This document shows, piece by piece, positions 40,255 to 55,251 of a stretch of 64,000 bases of DNA. Numbering within the stretch: position 1 is the stretch's first letter; each line of letters opens with the position of its first letter. The stretch is taken from assembly GCF_006345805.1 (NCBI RefSeq), contig NC_043009.1, positions 23,374,001-23,438,000 of the forward strand. Reading direction: 5' to 3'. Position numbers and translations under genes: made by a program. Source of the stretch: Octopus sinensis (Eukaryota). The notes under the pieces are model-generated. The model did not search any database. It was not told the origin of the DNA and saw only the letters and a list, made by a program, of their open reading frames with translations.

Positions 40255-41487
40255 TCAAATTTTAGGCACAAGGCCAGCAATTTTGACAGGAGAGGTACTA
40301 GTCGATTACATCCACCCCAGAACTAGACTGGAATTTGAAGAGCCAAAACAAATGTCACCAAGCATTTCATCCAGTGCAGTAACAAGTCTACCAGCTTACC
40401 ACCTTAATAATGATAATAATAATAATAATCCTTTCTACTAAAGGCACAAGGCCTGAAATTTGCAAGGAGAGGGTAAGTTGATCACTTCGACCCCAATGTT
40501 TTACTGGTACTTAATTTATCGTCCCTGAAAGGATGAAAGGCAAAGTTGACCTCAGCGGAATTTGAACTCAGAATGTAAAGATGGGCGAAGTACTGCTAAG
40601 CATTTTGCCCAGTGTGCTAACAATTCTGCCAGCTTGCCGCCTTAATAATAATATCAGTGGCAGAATAATAATAATAACAATAATAATAATAATAGAGTTT
40701 TTTCAGGGTTGAGGAGAAAAAAGGGGTAGTTTTGAGCATTCAGAAATTGAACTTCTTGTATGTATGTATGTATGTATATTTATACAAACAGAAATCATCT
40801 GCATTTTAGGTGGAAAATACCAACAATGAAGAACATATCCCAACTGCAAGAGAAACACAAAATGTTTTAGTGTGGAATTCTTGTTTGCAGTCTTTGTATG
40901 CTGTTATCATTCTTCTTCTTCTTGCGGTTAACAAAGTGCTTCAAGAAGTGATATCATTATAATAGTCATTATATTTATAAAGAAGCACATCAATTGATTT
41001 CCAGAATCCTTTTTTTATTTTTTTTCTTAATTCAATTATTTTCAAAAAAACTTCTTTATTTCTTTAAACCGGGGAATATAAATTTCAGATATCATCCAAG
41101 ACTTGGGAACATTTCATCTCGGATTTTAAAAAAAGTTTTATTTATTTTTTTTATATCTATCCTCTTTCCTTCCTGCTTAGTTTGTGAACATTCTGTGTAT
41201 GAGAAGCATGCACACATATATATGTATGTGTGTGTGTCCAAAGTCGTTATGATTGTTAACAAACATTATCACCAATATCATTATTTAATTAATGCCAATG
41301 ATATTTTTATATTTTTCATTTGTTTGGGTCTTTTTTTTGACCAGTTCAAAATAAGAAAAAAATCTTCTGCTTTAATTTCCATCAGAAGAATTTTCGTTTT
41401 TTTTTTTTGTTATTCTTTTTTTACTCACATTTATTCTCTGCCATCACATACGTTTTCCAGTGGTATTTGTTATTCTAAAGCTTTCCA

Positions 41488-41838
41488 TTAAGCTATATTA
41501 TTGTGTGATAAACTACTTGTGCTGGCTTTTTTGGGTTTGATCATAAGAGATTGGAATTCATTGCAGTCGGAATCAAGAGAATGGATGCTCTCGAGACTGC
41601 CAGCCGGCATCAGCGGAGGCAATGCTGGTTCCATTAGTCTTTCAGTTGCCTCTAGAGAGCATTCGCCTTTCACTTCAATTGGAGATGTGCGAAAATGAAC
41701 GGAGCTGCTCTGTAAGTGAACAACGCTCTCCTCCAGCATGTCATTCCGTCCGTTGACATTGTCTTCGATCACTCCTCCAGATGTAGTGACACTTTCTACT
41801 TCTACTGCTTGGTTCACGCTCTCTTGGCTACCATTTAC
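41488..41838 (-). CDS. Probable terminal coding exon of a host gene (116 aa, acidic/Ser-rich, unidentified)
   Basis: Acceptor tacag|GTAAAT at 41839/41838; open frame VNGSQES..SLESIHSLDSD..SLSHNNIA*; non-repetitive coding-like composition followed by unique AT-rich 3' UTR-like sequence. Confidence 0.7.
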   Translation of the reverse strand, partial: VNGSQESVNQAVEVESVTTSGGVIEDNVNGRNDMLEESVVHLQSSSVHFRTSPIEVKGECSLEATERLMEPALPPLMPAGSLESIHSLDSDCNEFQSLMIKPKKASTSSLSHNNIA

Positions 41839-41944
41839 CTGTAATAATAATAATAATAATGATAATAATAATAATAATAATGATAACAACAACAATAATA
41901 ATAATAATAATAATAATATTAATGATAATAATAATAATTTATTC

Positions 41945-42390
41945 TTTTATTAGCCACAGAGGTTCACATACAAAACATTAATTGACATAAAAGACAAAAA
42001 CAGGACGATACAATGGGTTTTTGTGTGTACAAAATGTAATAATAAAAACTGAACAAATTAAAACTCCCAATAGGGGAGGCGCTTTAAGGTCCTCATGGAA
42101 AAACCCACAAAAGCCATGGGTGCCTGAACAACAGGGCAATAGCCCTTCTTTTTTTTTTTATAGGTGTATGCTTAGAATTGGTCCTTTCCAACATTCACCC
42201 ACCTTTTGAAAAACTTGCTACAAGGCAACACTTCCCTCTCCATCTTATGTTTCAAGTGAAACTTGAAAAAGTTGATAAGGGCTTGGCCAAAGAGGAAAGT
42301 ATCTGTCTTTCGCCCTTTCAAACAGGTCCACCATACTACCTCTTTCACTACAGCCACTAGACAAATAAAAATTGCCTGCCCTTCCTGGTC
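41945..42390 (-). mobile_element. Tx1-like LINE 3' end fragment
   Basis: CLVAVVKEVVWWTCLKG..LINFFKFHLK..FFKRWVNV* followed by a 3' UTR ending AATAAAAGAATAAA. Confidence 0.6.
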
Positions 42391-42780
42391 AAAATAATAA
42401 TAATAATAATAATTCATTCTAATAATCAACTGGTACTTATTTCATTGACTCTGAAAGGACAAAAAACAAAGTAACCTCAGAATGTAAAGAATCAGAACAA
42501 ATTCTACAAAGCATTTTACCAATGCTCAACCACTTCTGTCAGCTTGCCACCTTTTAAACTGTTTCCAACATAAGGCCCAAGATTTGAAAAAAGTTTCAAG
42601 AAATCGGGTTAGTTGATTAAATCACCTTAAGTACTGGACAGGTGCTTTATTTTTCATTGTGGTTGGTTATAGGAAGGACATCCAGCTGTAAAAACAGACA
42701 CAGAAGTCTGGTGCAGGCTCATGCCTGGCCAGCCCCTGTCAAACTGTCCAACCCATGCCAGCATGAAAAGCAAACATTAA

Positions 42781-42811
<31 letters not shown>

Positions 42812-43689
42812 CCTTGGAAAAATTAAATGCAAAGTTAACCTCAGCAGGATTTGAACTCAGAATTTAAAGTATCAGAATAAATATCACAATAAATATAAAA
42901 TTTCCTCCAACACCACCATCACTGCCCTCAAGATTCTGCCAAACCCTTGTTAAATATTGTTTGTAAGACAGGTATAATACCATAAACTTAAGCTGACCTT
43001 TATACTAGAATTGGACCTCATTTTGATGATCTCACAAGGGTGAAAAGCAAAGGAGACCGCCGTGAAATTTGAGCTCAGAACAGAAAGGCACCACAAGAAT
43101 ATTGGCAATCAGCCACCCTCTACAAGGCCTGAAATTTGTGTGAGAGGAATAGACCGGTACTTGACCAGTCACTCCTAGCAGAATTTGAATGCAGTAACAA
43201 TGTGGCATCAAATCAGGTAAACTAAAACAAAAACAGGCAGCCTTTTTTAGGAAGCAGGTTGCATGAGACACAGGCTTGTCATTAGGTAGGCAACACTACT
43301 AAAAAACAATCCAAGCAATTTTTCGTTAGGTCATTCAGGAAGTCCCGTGGGCCGAATGTTGTCCACAGCTGATCTAAAGCCTCCAATAGCTATCCAGTTT
43401 TCTGTTAAATATCACCACACTTCTCCCCCAAATAACTTAACACTGAATATGTATCAAGGGAGATAATTATAAAATATATTATCTCCCTTGAGTTTCCCAG
43501 TTCACTTATACTACTCGTGTATAATGCGAGAAATTTAATATAAAACATCTAAATGAAAATTGCAATACGGCGTCATATTAAGAATGCTAGAAAATTTTTT
43601 TCCCATAAAATATGTAACTGATTTTTAGATACAAAAACTGGCAGTCGCATTGTATACGAGATGACACTGTATTTGAGAAAATTCGTAGT

Positions 43690-43751
<62 letters not shown>

Positions 43752-44133
43752 TACACATGTATGAGCGTATGTGTGGGTGTGTTGTACTTTAGAAACGAGA
43801 TATTCTAGTTCAATGTCAGTCTATTTCTCTCGTTAAATGAATCAGATTGAAAAGGTTGTTCTTTCATCACAATGACAGCAATGTGACACGAACTTGAAAC
43901 AAGAAGTAAACGTTTAATTTCTTTTTCTTTATTTTCTTTTAACGGAGTATAAATAACTAAAATCTAAGTCGAAACACTCGTTTCGTCGCAACCACGTGTT
44001 GCTTCCCAACCACATGGTTCTGGGTTCAGTCTCACTATGTGACACCTTGGGGCAAAGAGGCTTCTATTGTGGTTTCAGGTGAAACCAATGCTTTGTGAGT
44101 CGATTTGGCAGACAGAAAATGAAAAGAAGTCCA

Positions 44134-44178
<45 letters not shown>

Positions 44179-44859
44179 AATTTAAAATAATAAGGGTGAA
44201 AAATAATTGAATATTAATTTGAAAATTTATATATTCGAAAAATGATATATGTGTGTGTGAGTGTGTTCTAATCACTGATTAACAACCGGTGTTGGTTTGT
44301 TTACGTCCCCGTTACCTAACCGTTCGGCAAGACAGACCAATAGAATACGTGCCAGACTTTAAAATAAGTACTGGGTTCAATTAAAGGCTTCAAGGTGATG
44401 CCCCCCCAGCGTGGCCGCATTCCTATAATTGGAAGTAGTAAAAGATAAAATGATACTCCGAGGCAATGAACTGCAGAAATATCAAGAAGTTCGGAAAGGA
44501 AGCCTTATGCTACTCGATGAATCCAACTCGTCATTTATTATTATTAATATGAGGCTGAATCGAGACCCCCACTCTACTACTACTACTACTACTACTAAAT
44601 AATAATAATAATAATAATAATCACCACCACCATATACTTCATTCGATTACATATCAGCAAGGATACTCCTATATGGTTGGTCTACAGGCTAGAAAAGGTA
44701 GTCAAAACTCCCGCTAAGTCCCAATGCTACTTATGTGAAATAAGGAACGATTGCATTCTATAAAGGATTGGGTAGACGTGCCCCGAGATTAAACAACAAC
44801 AATCATCATATTAATATTATTTTAATTCCTTATTTTTTTGTTATTGTTAAAATATTCTT

Positions 44860-45285
44860 TTCTGCTCTAAGAACAAGGCCCAAAATTTTTGGAGAGGAGG
44901 CCAGTCGATTAGATCGACCCTAGTACGCAACTGGTACTTAATTTATTGATCCCGAAAAGATGAAAGGCAGAGTCGACCTCAGCGGAATTTGAACTAAGAA
45001 CGTAGCGGCAGACGAAATACTGCTAAGCATTTCGCCCGGCATGCTAACGATCCTTATTTCTTTATTGCCCACAAGGGGCTACACACAGAGGGGACAAACA
45101 AGGACTGACTAAGGGATTAAGTCGATTACATCGACCCCAGTGCGTAACTGGTACTTTATTTATCGGCTCCGAAAGGATGAAAGGCAAAGTCGACCTCGCC
45201 TGAATTTGAACTCAGAACGTAACGGCAGACGAAATGCCGCTAAGCATTTCGCCCGGCGTGCTAACGTTTCTACCATTTCGCCGCC
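44860..45285 (-). mobile_element. Two tandem young SINE copies (Nin/Deu-like core family)
   Basis: Near-identical to 30935-31527. Confidence 0.85.
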
Positions 45286-45493
45286 TTTATTCTGTTAAAA
45301 TATTACATCGAGTGAGTTTCATCTCGTGACAACCGTTTGTCAGTTTCTTTCTCCTTTTTTTATGATTATTTCTACTTAAGACGCTTGCTTGTGATAGCAC
45401 CATTAAGATAATTTGCTTTGTCGAGACAGTATGTAACTATTTATTGATTACATTTATCAGCAAGGAATCATGGCGTGAATTAAGAGAGAAATA

Positions 45494-45497
<4 letters not shown>

Positions 45498-45547
<50 letters not shown>

Positions 45548-45755
45548 TATACATATACATACATATATACATACATATTTATACATATATACATACATAT
45601 ATATATACACACATAGATATATATAAATACATTTATATATACATATATATATATACATTTATATATACATATATATATACATTTATATATACATTTATAT
45701 ATACATTTATATATACATACATATATACATTTATATATACATATATATATACATT

Positions 45756-45805
<50 letters not shown>

Positions 45806-45806
45806 C

Positions 45807-45837
<31 letters not shown>

Positions 45838-45858
45838 CATATATATATATACATATAC

Positions 45859-45891
<33 letters not shown>

Positions 45892-45972
45892 CATATATAT
45901 ATACATATACATATATATATACATATATATATACATATATATATACATATATATATATACATATATATATAC

Positions 45973-46003
<31 letters not shown>

Positions 46004-46042
46004 CATATATATATACATATATATATATACATATATATATAC

Positions 46043-46079
<37 letters not shown>

Positions 46080-46630
46080 CATATATATATATACATATAT
46101 ATATACACATATATATACACATATATATATACACATATATATATACACATATATATATACACATATATATATACATATATATATATACATATATATATAT
46201 ACATATATATATATACATATATATATATACATATATATATATATACATATATATATACATATATATATATACATATATATATATACATATATATATATAC
46301 ACATATATATACACATATATATACATATATATATATACATATATATACACATATATATACATATATATACACATATATATACACATATATATATATACAT
46401 ATATATATACATATATATACATATATATATACATATATATATATACATATATATATACATATATATATACATATATATATATACATATATATATACATAT
46501 ATATATACACATATATATACATATATATATACATATATATATACATATATATATACATATATATATACATATATATATACATATATATATATACATATAT
46601 ATATACATATATATATACATATATATATAT
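45498..46630. repeat. 1.1-kb (AT)nAC microsatellite
   Basis: Direct reading. Confidence 0.95.
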
Positions 46631-46688
46631 TTTATATATAGAGGGCATTATTATACATACAGGCCACACGCTACGAGGGACATTAGTC

Positions 46689-46748
<60 letters not shown>

Positions 46749-46750
<2 letters not shown>

Positions 46751-47146
46751 ATCTTTTCGGTTTGAATGGCAGTTTTTTCTAGCGGTGTCATATGAAATTG
46801 TCACCCATAATTATGACCCTAGTATCGATCTTATTGCATTTCAATCTATTTTAGGGTTAGGGGTGGGGGGAAGGGTATCTTTTTTTTCTTCACAAATGTA
46901 AATAAACCCAATCTGTTTCTTAAACGAGGGACATATTCATACGGCACAGAATGTTGTTTACCTCAATGGACGTCAGTGATTAGTTGAAATTGCAGAAATT
47001 GAAGAAAAAAACAACAAATATCTTACAAACTATAGAATTTTCTCAATAAAGCCAAGAGCAAAAGATGTTTTATAAACACATTCTACCAGTATACGAAGTT
47101 TTAAATTTTTTAGTTACCTAGAAATTATGTTAAACCGAAAAGATCC
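46749..47146. mobile_element. MITE, same subfamily as 6467-6884
   Basis: Near-identical body, GGATC..GATCC termini, flanked by ATATATAT. Confidence 0.85.
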
Positions 47147-47699
47147 ATATATATATATATATATATACATTTTACGGGAAGGTTTACGAAAATAAACAAA
47201 AGACGAAGGTAGGTGGAGTACAAACAAACAATTATATTAGTATGGAGCTCAGGAATCACATCATATATATATATATATATATGTAGGAAATAAATTATAA
47301 AAGGAACAAAATATAAAAGTAACACAGTTATAGGGGAAAAAAAGTCAAACTTCATTTGTTGAGGCTGGTGTAAGGGAGATAACTATTATTTAACTTAACT
47401 GAGAAATAAAAAAAAGTCTGTTTTTTTGTGAGAGAAGAAATGAGAGAAAATAGAAAGAAAGAAGGGAAAAGTATGAAAGAAAAAAATAGTTATCTTTTAC
47501 TTGTTTCAGTCACTGGGCTACGGCCATGCTGAAGCACCACCTTCAAAGGTTTAGTCGGAAAAAATAAAAATTGGCCCCAGGACTTATTTTTTTTAAAGCC
47601 TAGCAACTGATTCTATTGGGCAAGTATCTTCTCTTATAACCTCAGGCCGACCAAAGCCTTGTGAGTAGATTTGGTAGACGGAAACTGAAAGAAGCCCGT

Positions 47700-47764
<65 letters not shown>

Positions 47765-48052
47765 ATGACTGTGTGTCTGTGTTTATCCCCCCCACATCGC
47801 TGACAACCAATGCTGGTGTGTTTACGTCCTCGTAACTTAGCGGTTCAGCAAAAGATACCGATAGAATAAGTACTAGGCTTACAAAGAATAAGTCCTGGGG
47901 TCGATTTGCTCGACTAAAGGCGGTGCTCCAGCATGGCCAGTCAAATGACTGAAACAAGTAAAAGAAACTTGTCAAGCGGTAAGAGGAGTCAAATACAACA
48001 CAAAGACACGCGCGCGCGCGCACACATGCCTATCTAATCTCTCTCTTTATAT

Positions 48053-48180
<128 letters not shown>

Positions 48181-48349
48181 ACACTCACACACAGGACAGG
48201 TTTCCTCACAGAAATATTCCTCTACCAAATTTATTCACAAGGTTTAGTTCGCCTGTGGCTATAGCAGAAAAGAAGAGCACAAGCTGCCATGAGGTGAGAC
48301 TGAACCCGAAAACACATGGTTGTAAAGCGAGCTTCTTAACCACATAGGC

Positions 48350-48900
48350 AGTTTCCGTCGGCGCAGACATGGCTATTTCCATCTTCAGAGTTAAGCATAC
48401 ACACACATCGTCAGCCCAAGATCCAGCTTAATCGGAGAGTTTAAAATCAGAAAGTAATATTCCAGTCACGATCATCGCGTACATTTTCTAGTTTGCACTT
48501 GGCAATTACCATAGGGAAGAAAGAAGAAAAAAAAAGAGAAAAAAGGTGGGTGTGATTTGAAAGAGATTTGACTGCTATCTCTAGCAGACTGAGCGACTAT
48601 GTAAGTGATTCTTTGCCCCCAGCCCGATGTTTGGCAAGGGCGAAAATTGAGTACCAAAATGAATTCACACACTCTCACACACACACAACAGCAATGCCTT
48701 CTCTACGCATGCGCAAATACTGGCACACATACAAAAAGAAAAAACTGCCACCCATCAAGCTTTCGTTTGTTTTGTTTATTATTATTATTATTTTCTTCTC
48801 AGTCTGAAAAGGGAACGACAAGAGAGAGAAAGAGATGCGAGTGGCAGGAAGAGTAGAATGTTTTGGCTTAATGTCTCGTGGTATTTAGTTACGTTCCTTT
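48350..48900. promoter_or_regulatory. Candidate promoter region
   Basis: Unique, relatively CpG-rich; NRF1-like ACGCATGCGCA at ~48705; plus-strand GTAAGT at 48601 and ttttcttctcag at ~48801. Direction unresolved. Confidence 0.3.
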
Positions 48901-51700
48901 ATGTTTCCATGTCTAAAAGCCGCTAGACTTGACTTTGGCAAATCTATTACAAACGGGGCTGGTCGAGTATCTTTTAGCTGTTCTCTCTCTGTTATAAATA
49001 GATATATAAATGAGTATTTTTAACAGTTCTGCTATAAATAGGAGTAATGGAGTATTTATATCTGGCCTGTTATAAGTAGGATTTACTAGGTATCGATATC
49101 TGTCCTCGTTAGAAATAGGAAATAATTGGTATAATCTTTATCTGTCATATTATAAATTAGCTGAACTAAGGCCACAACTAAGAGATGAAGAGCATATGAT
49201 TTCTTTTTAAATTCTCTACTGCCATTTTCAGTGCTACAGCTGTCCAGTTTCTCCCTCAAAATCCAGTATCCATCTGTCCCAGAACCTGCAGGCTACAGGT
49301 AGCCTAAGCCTCCATGTCTATAGGTATTGTATGGGTATTCCAACAGGTGTTCTAAATCTGAAGGTCTTCGACAGGTATTCTAATATGAAGGTATTCTAAT
49401 CAGTAGGTATTCTGCAGGTGTTCTATGCCTGTAGGTATTGCACAGTATTCTAAATCTGGAAGTATTCTACAGGTACTTAAAGTCTGCAGGTATGGTACAA
49501 CTATTCTAAGCTTGGAGATATTGTACAGGTATTTTAAGCCTGTACCTGTTGTACAGTAAGCTAGAGAGTAACACTAATAAGTCACACTGCCTCCTGGGAA
49601 AGTTCATTTGTATCGGTTTGATATCATAGTGATTTGATAGGACCAAAAGCCCTTGTAAAACCACCCAACTGGTCGTATAGGCTTTTAAAAATTCTATTTT
49701 CTTTCTTTTCTTTATTTTATAATTTATTATTATTATTTTTGCTGGATAATATTTACAACCATTCAACCATGCAGTAAGAAGGAAGCTGTTTTAAGTGAGT
49801 AGATTCAAGTCACCAGCTCATAGACAGGCTGTTTCTCATTTTTACCAACCCTCCTGAGACTGCTCCCGATTCTAGGATTCCAAACACCCATTTAATAATG
49901 ATAAACTTATTTTATTAAGTTCTTCATTATTTTAAAAAATTGATTGAAGCAAAGGCAGCATATTGCAACAAAAATATGGTGACAAAAAGAATAATCTTTA
50001 ACAAGAATAACTTCCAATTCTGAGACAGAAAATTTACATTTTCTACAATTCATCAATCATTACTCCAAACTCTGCCCCATTCCAACTGTTTTTGCAACAA
50101 TCTCTGAGCCTGGTGAGATTTCTCATACAATTTAATTCTACATAAGTGGGAGATGCAGGAAGATGTGGGATGAAATACTGAAAAACGACCTCAGAACACT
50201 GAACCTTTCAGGTGAGATGACAAAGGAGCAAGATGCCTGGTGCCTTGCTGTACTCAAGAAGACCCATACTCTGTAGCAAAAGCACTAAGACTGCTCCCTC
50301 TGGTGATGAAAAGCACTCATGGCAGTTTTGCATAAAAGCGCATGCGCAGCGTCACATAAAAACATCCATGCAATGTCATGTTAAAGCACTCAGTACACTC
50401 TGTAAAGTGGTTGGCATTAGAGAGGGCATCCAACTGTAGAAACCATGCCAAAACAGACCAATAAAATAAGACTCAGATTTGAAAATAAGCACTTGGGATT
50501 ATTTGTTTAACTAAAGACTTCAAGGCAGTGACCCAACATGGCCACAACCCAATGACCCCCAGTATTTATTTTTTTTTGTGTCTATTACTTATTCTGTCAG
50601 TCTCTTTTGTCCAATTGTCAAGTTACAGGGATGTAAACAAACCAACACCAGTTCTCAAGCAATGGAATAGGGACAAACATAAACACGTGCACATACAAAC
50701 ACACACACACATATATACACATGACAGACTTCTGCACAGTTTCCTTCGACCAAATTCACTCACAGGGTATTGCTTGACCCAGAGCTATTGTAAAAGGCAC
50801 CTACCCAAGGTGCCATGCAGTGGGACTGAACCCACAACTATGTGGTCACAAAGAAAGCTTCTTAACCACACAGCTGTGCTTAAGCCTGGTGGCTGCATAA
50901 AAATCATGGCTTATGTTACTTCATTGGATAACAGCAATTACGCTATGTACATATTGTTGTTGTTGAAATAGTTGTGACATATCAGTCAGTCTGTCAATAG
51001 TACAAAAAGCATTGTTTATCAATGGTTCATTCATCAATGATTTCGGATAACATGGTACACTTAACTACAAACCATGTTATGCTTATTTCAGACTGATCTC
51101 TTATAACTGCTAAGTTACTGGGATGTAAACACACCAACACCAGTTGTCAAGCTGTGGTAAGGGACAAACACAGACACACACACGATGAGCTTCTTTCAGT
51201 TTCCATCTACCAAATTCACTCACAAGACTTTGGTCAGTCCAAGACTATCATAGAAGACACTTACTCAATGTGCAATGCAGAACCATAAAAATGGGAAGCA
51301 AACTTCTTACCATACAGCCATTCATATATCTAGATGTAAACCCCTTTTCTACTCAAGGCACAAAGTCTGGAATTTTGGGGGAGGAGCCAGTCGATTAGAT
51401 TGACCCTAGTAAGCAACTGGTACTTAATTTTATCGATCCCGATAGGATGAAAGGCAAAGTCAACCTTGGCGGAATTTGAACTCAGAACATAAAGACAGAC
51501 GAAATATATATATATATATGTGTGTGTTTGTATGTGCACATGTTTATGTTTGTCCCTTCTCCATCGCTTGAGAACTGGTGTTGGTTTGTTTACATCCCTG
51601 TAACTTGCCAGTTGGGCATTTCACCCGGCATGCTAATGTTTCCACCAGCTCACAGCCTTGATGTAAATACATTATCAGGAATCAAAGTGTTTTATCAGGA

Positions 51701-52074
51701 ACTAGCAGTATTGCCCGACGTTGCTCGGGTTTGTTTCAACCCTTTAGAATTGGAATTTTTGAAAAGTAAAAATTTTGCATTATGTAGCTTGTTATTCTCT
51801 TTAAGTGGACATTTTTCTGGTTGAAATACACCGAAAAATGGCAACACAGCAGTCAAAAAGTCATATAAAAATAAGGATTTTCATAGATGTAAATAATTTT
51901 TGGTCTTAACATAGTCTGATTTGAATTTTTTCTTCTACGGAATGAAGAGCAAGCCTTCTTCTATCATACTCTCAATTTTGGTCAACTGCGCCGCAGGGTC
52001 TCGGAGGAGATAGTGTTAGTTGAAGGCTGCCAAACCTGCCACACACAGACAACTTCAGCTTTATATATATAGAT
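51701..52074 (+). mobile_element. Non-autonomous Helentron/HINE-like element
   Basis: 5' actagcagtattgcccgacgttgctcggg; 3' ttttggtcaactgc..cacacagacaac..ttatatatatagat. Termini shared with 58866-59384. Confidence 0.7.
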
Positions 52075-52424
52075 TGATTTACGCTCCAGCCAATGCAATC
52101 CTTGTCATTCTACATTACCTCTTGTAATATTCTCTTTAATAACCAATATAATAAACCCATCACATTGCCTGTTAATTGTTTTTTAAGTCTATACCTTAGG
52201 CACTTGGCTGAAATCACCTGCTGAATTGATACAATAACTGTTACTAATCTTGTTTACCTTTATGGAAATATCTAATCAAAAGGTGTTACAAGTTAGTCAC
52301 CTGGAGATTATTTACAAAAATAGCTGGTTCTTTTTTTAGATGCAAAGATCTTTTATCGTAAAGAGGATTTGTCAGTGTGTGTGGGCGTATGTGTGTGTGT
52401 TTATATATGTACATGTACACGTGA

Positions 52425-52490
<66 letters not shown>

Positions 52491-53159
52491 ATATATATGT
52501 ATGTATATATATTTGGGGGAGAATTTACAAAAAAAAAAAGGTGAAGACAGGTGGTGTAGACAACAAACAGATGTATAAGTTTAACACTCGGGAAGTGAAA
52601 AAGTCTTTAACGTTTCGAGCCTATGCTCTTCCACAGAAAGGAACAATGCAAGCGTGTGAATGTGTGTGTGTGTGTATGATTGTATAAACATGTATGAAAC
52701 TTAGAAGTAAAATGTAAGTAATATTTAGTGAAGTTTCCAATTTAATATATACTTGTGTGTGTGTTTATATATATGTATACACATTCTCACACACACACAT
52801 TGTATATATGCTGGGTGTTTGGGCTAAATTTGATGACTTTTTTTTTATGTCTCTTTTATTGAGGAACTGTTTGCTGAACAGTCAATGGCGTTGGAGAGCA
52901 TAAAAATTAGTAACTGAGAAAAAGTTAGCTGGCAAGGATGAGTGGGAATCATCTGAATACTGGAAAAGAGTTACTTGAATCACGATGATTGATGCCAGGT
53001 ATCAAAACGCCAACATCATGACATGCAGTTTTTTTTTTGAAATGTTAAAGCTTCATGTTTACCATGAGAGAATTTGCTTTATCAAATACTCTGTGAACAC
53101 TAAACCCTGTAAGATGTAACATGGACAACTGCAATGGAGAATACAAAGCCTTGACCAGC

Positions 53160-53390
53160 TGGAAGGTGATGGTCTTTGTGTGTGTCTCTAGTGAAGGTGA
53201 TACCATGCGGCTGCATATCTTTGAACATGGCTGCAGGCTCAGTTCAGATGGCTATGTGAAGTTGCTGGAGGGCTACATGTGTGGCAGCAGCAGAATTTGG
53301 CTCATTGCCATACCTCCAGAAAGAGTCGGAAGTGTTTGTCAGAAAATTCCTACAAATTCACCAGCCCTGAGTTCTGACTTGTACTTATAA
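53160..53390 (+). pseudogene. Tc1/mariner (maT-like) transposase relic
   Basis: VMVFVCVSSEGDTM..HIFEHG.RLSSDGYVKLLE, then YMWQQ..AHCHTSRKS..LSEN in another frame. Confidence 0.6.
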
Positions 53391-54623
53391 ACTTTTTTTA
53401 ACATCTAGTACTCATTTTGTCATTTTTATTTGCTGAACTGCTAAGTTATAGTGGCTCAAACAAACCAACACTAGTCTAATGGGACAAACAGACAAAAACA
53501 CTATCTATCTATATTATAGGCTTCCAAACAGTTTCCATCAACTAAAGTCACTTACAAGGCACTGGTCAGCCTGAGGCTATAATAGAAGACCCTGCTCAAG
53601 GTGCTATGCAGTGGGATTGAACCTGACACCATGTGGATGCAAAGTAAGCTTTTTAACCACACAGCCATGCCTGAAGGGAAAAAAACACATAAAGGAAGAA
53701 AAGAAAACATTAAAAACAAATGAAAAAAAAACGATCAGATTAAATTTGTTTAGGTGGTGAGAGTAGCAAGTGGGGGTGAGTGAGAGGAATGTGAGGAGTA
53801 GAGGGAAGAGGGAAAATGAGACTAAAGACTAAAGAAAAAAAAAGGAGATAGAAACATATGTAAAACAAACAAAGAAATGAACCAGATAAAGATACTGTAA
53901 TGTACACAGAGAAATTTTGAATCCACCCTCACCAAATCCTTTTTGTGCCCATCTCCACTCAGTGGAAATATTAAGCTGTAAAAAGGTATATCAGTCACAG
54001 GGTACAATAAGCAATAGGTAAATTGAGATGATGCCCCCTCTCATCACCCCCAACTTAGCCCTCACCTCTACTCCCCTCGGGCCCTCCCCCACACTGTCTG
54101 GTGCACCAGGGCATGCACACCCCTATCTCACTCATCCCCTCAGAGCCACAGAAAAGAGACTTCCTGTTTCTTTCTGTTTCTATTTTACTTGTTAGAACCT
54201 GGAAGGCAGGTGATGGGGTGGGCAGTGATAGTGAGGGGTAAGGGTCAGCTTTTTCATTCTTCTTTCTCTCTTTCCTCATTCCTTTTACCTGCTGAAAAGT
54301 AGAAGTTAGTAGACAGTAGTAGCTCTCGCACTTGCCACATTAAAAGCCATATTATATAATATCTCTGATATTAAACAGGAAAGAGTTGGTTGTGTATGTA
54401 TGTTTATATACAAACACACATGCACACACACACACACAAACGTGTGGAGGTGCATGGCTTAGTGGTTAGGATGTTGGACTCATGATTGCAAGACTGTGGT
54501 TTCAATTCCTGGACTGGGTGATGAGTTGTGTTCAAGAGTAAAATACATTTTGTGTTGCCCCAGTCCACTCAGCTGGCAAAAGTAAGTAATCTAATAATGG
54601 ACAAGCATCCTATCTTAGGGAAA

Positions 54624-54996
54624 AGGAGTGGCTGTGTGGTAAGTAGCTTGCTTACCAACCACATGGTTCCAGGTTCAGTCCCACTGTGTGGTACCTTGGG
54701 CAAGTGTCTTCTGCTATAGCCTCGGGCCGACCAAAGCCTTGTGAGTGGATTTGGTAGATGGAAACTGAAAGAAGCCTGTTGTATATATGTGTGTGTGTGT
54801 CTGTCTGTTTGTCCCCTTAACATCGCTTGACAACCGATGCTGGTGTGTTTACGTCCCCGTAGCTTAGCGGTTCGACAAAAGAGACCAATAGAATAAGTAC
54901 TAGGCTTACAAATAATAAGTCCTGGGGTTGATTTGCTCGACTGAAGGTGGTGCTCCAGCATGGCCACAGTCAAATGACTGAAACAAGTAAAAGAAT
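54624..54996 (+). mobile_element. CORE-type SINE, near consensus
   Basis: Full head, core and LINE-like tail. Confidence 0.88.
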
Positions 54997-55251
54997 ATAT
55001 ATATATATATATATACTTTATTTAAAAGCAGCAGAAATTCAACAAAACCTGTTACTCAGAGTTTCATGTTCCTGAGTAACAGGTTTAGTCAAATTTCTGC
55101 TGCTTTTAAATAAAGCATATTACTCTACTCCTGGTATTTGAGTACTCTTTTTTCCACCTTGTTTCACATTTATGTGTTTACTCCGGTATATATATATATA
55201 TATACAAACATATACATACATATATACGCAGTTATCTTCTCAGACACTTAC

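Noticed and set aside
48206-48406. ORF starting MEIAMSAPTET as a first coding exon
   Set aside because: It runs directly into a CORE-SINE head, and no convincing donor site is present.
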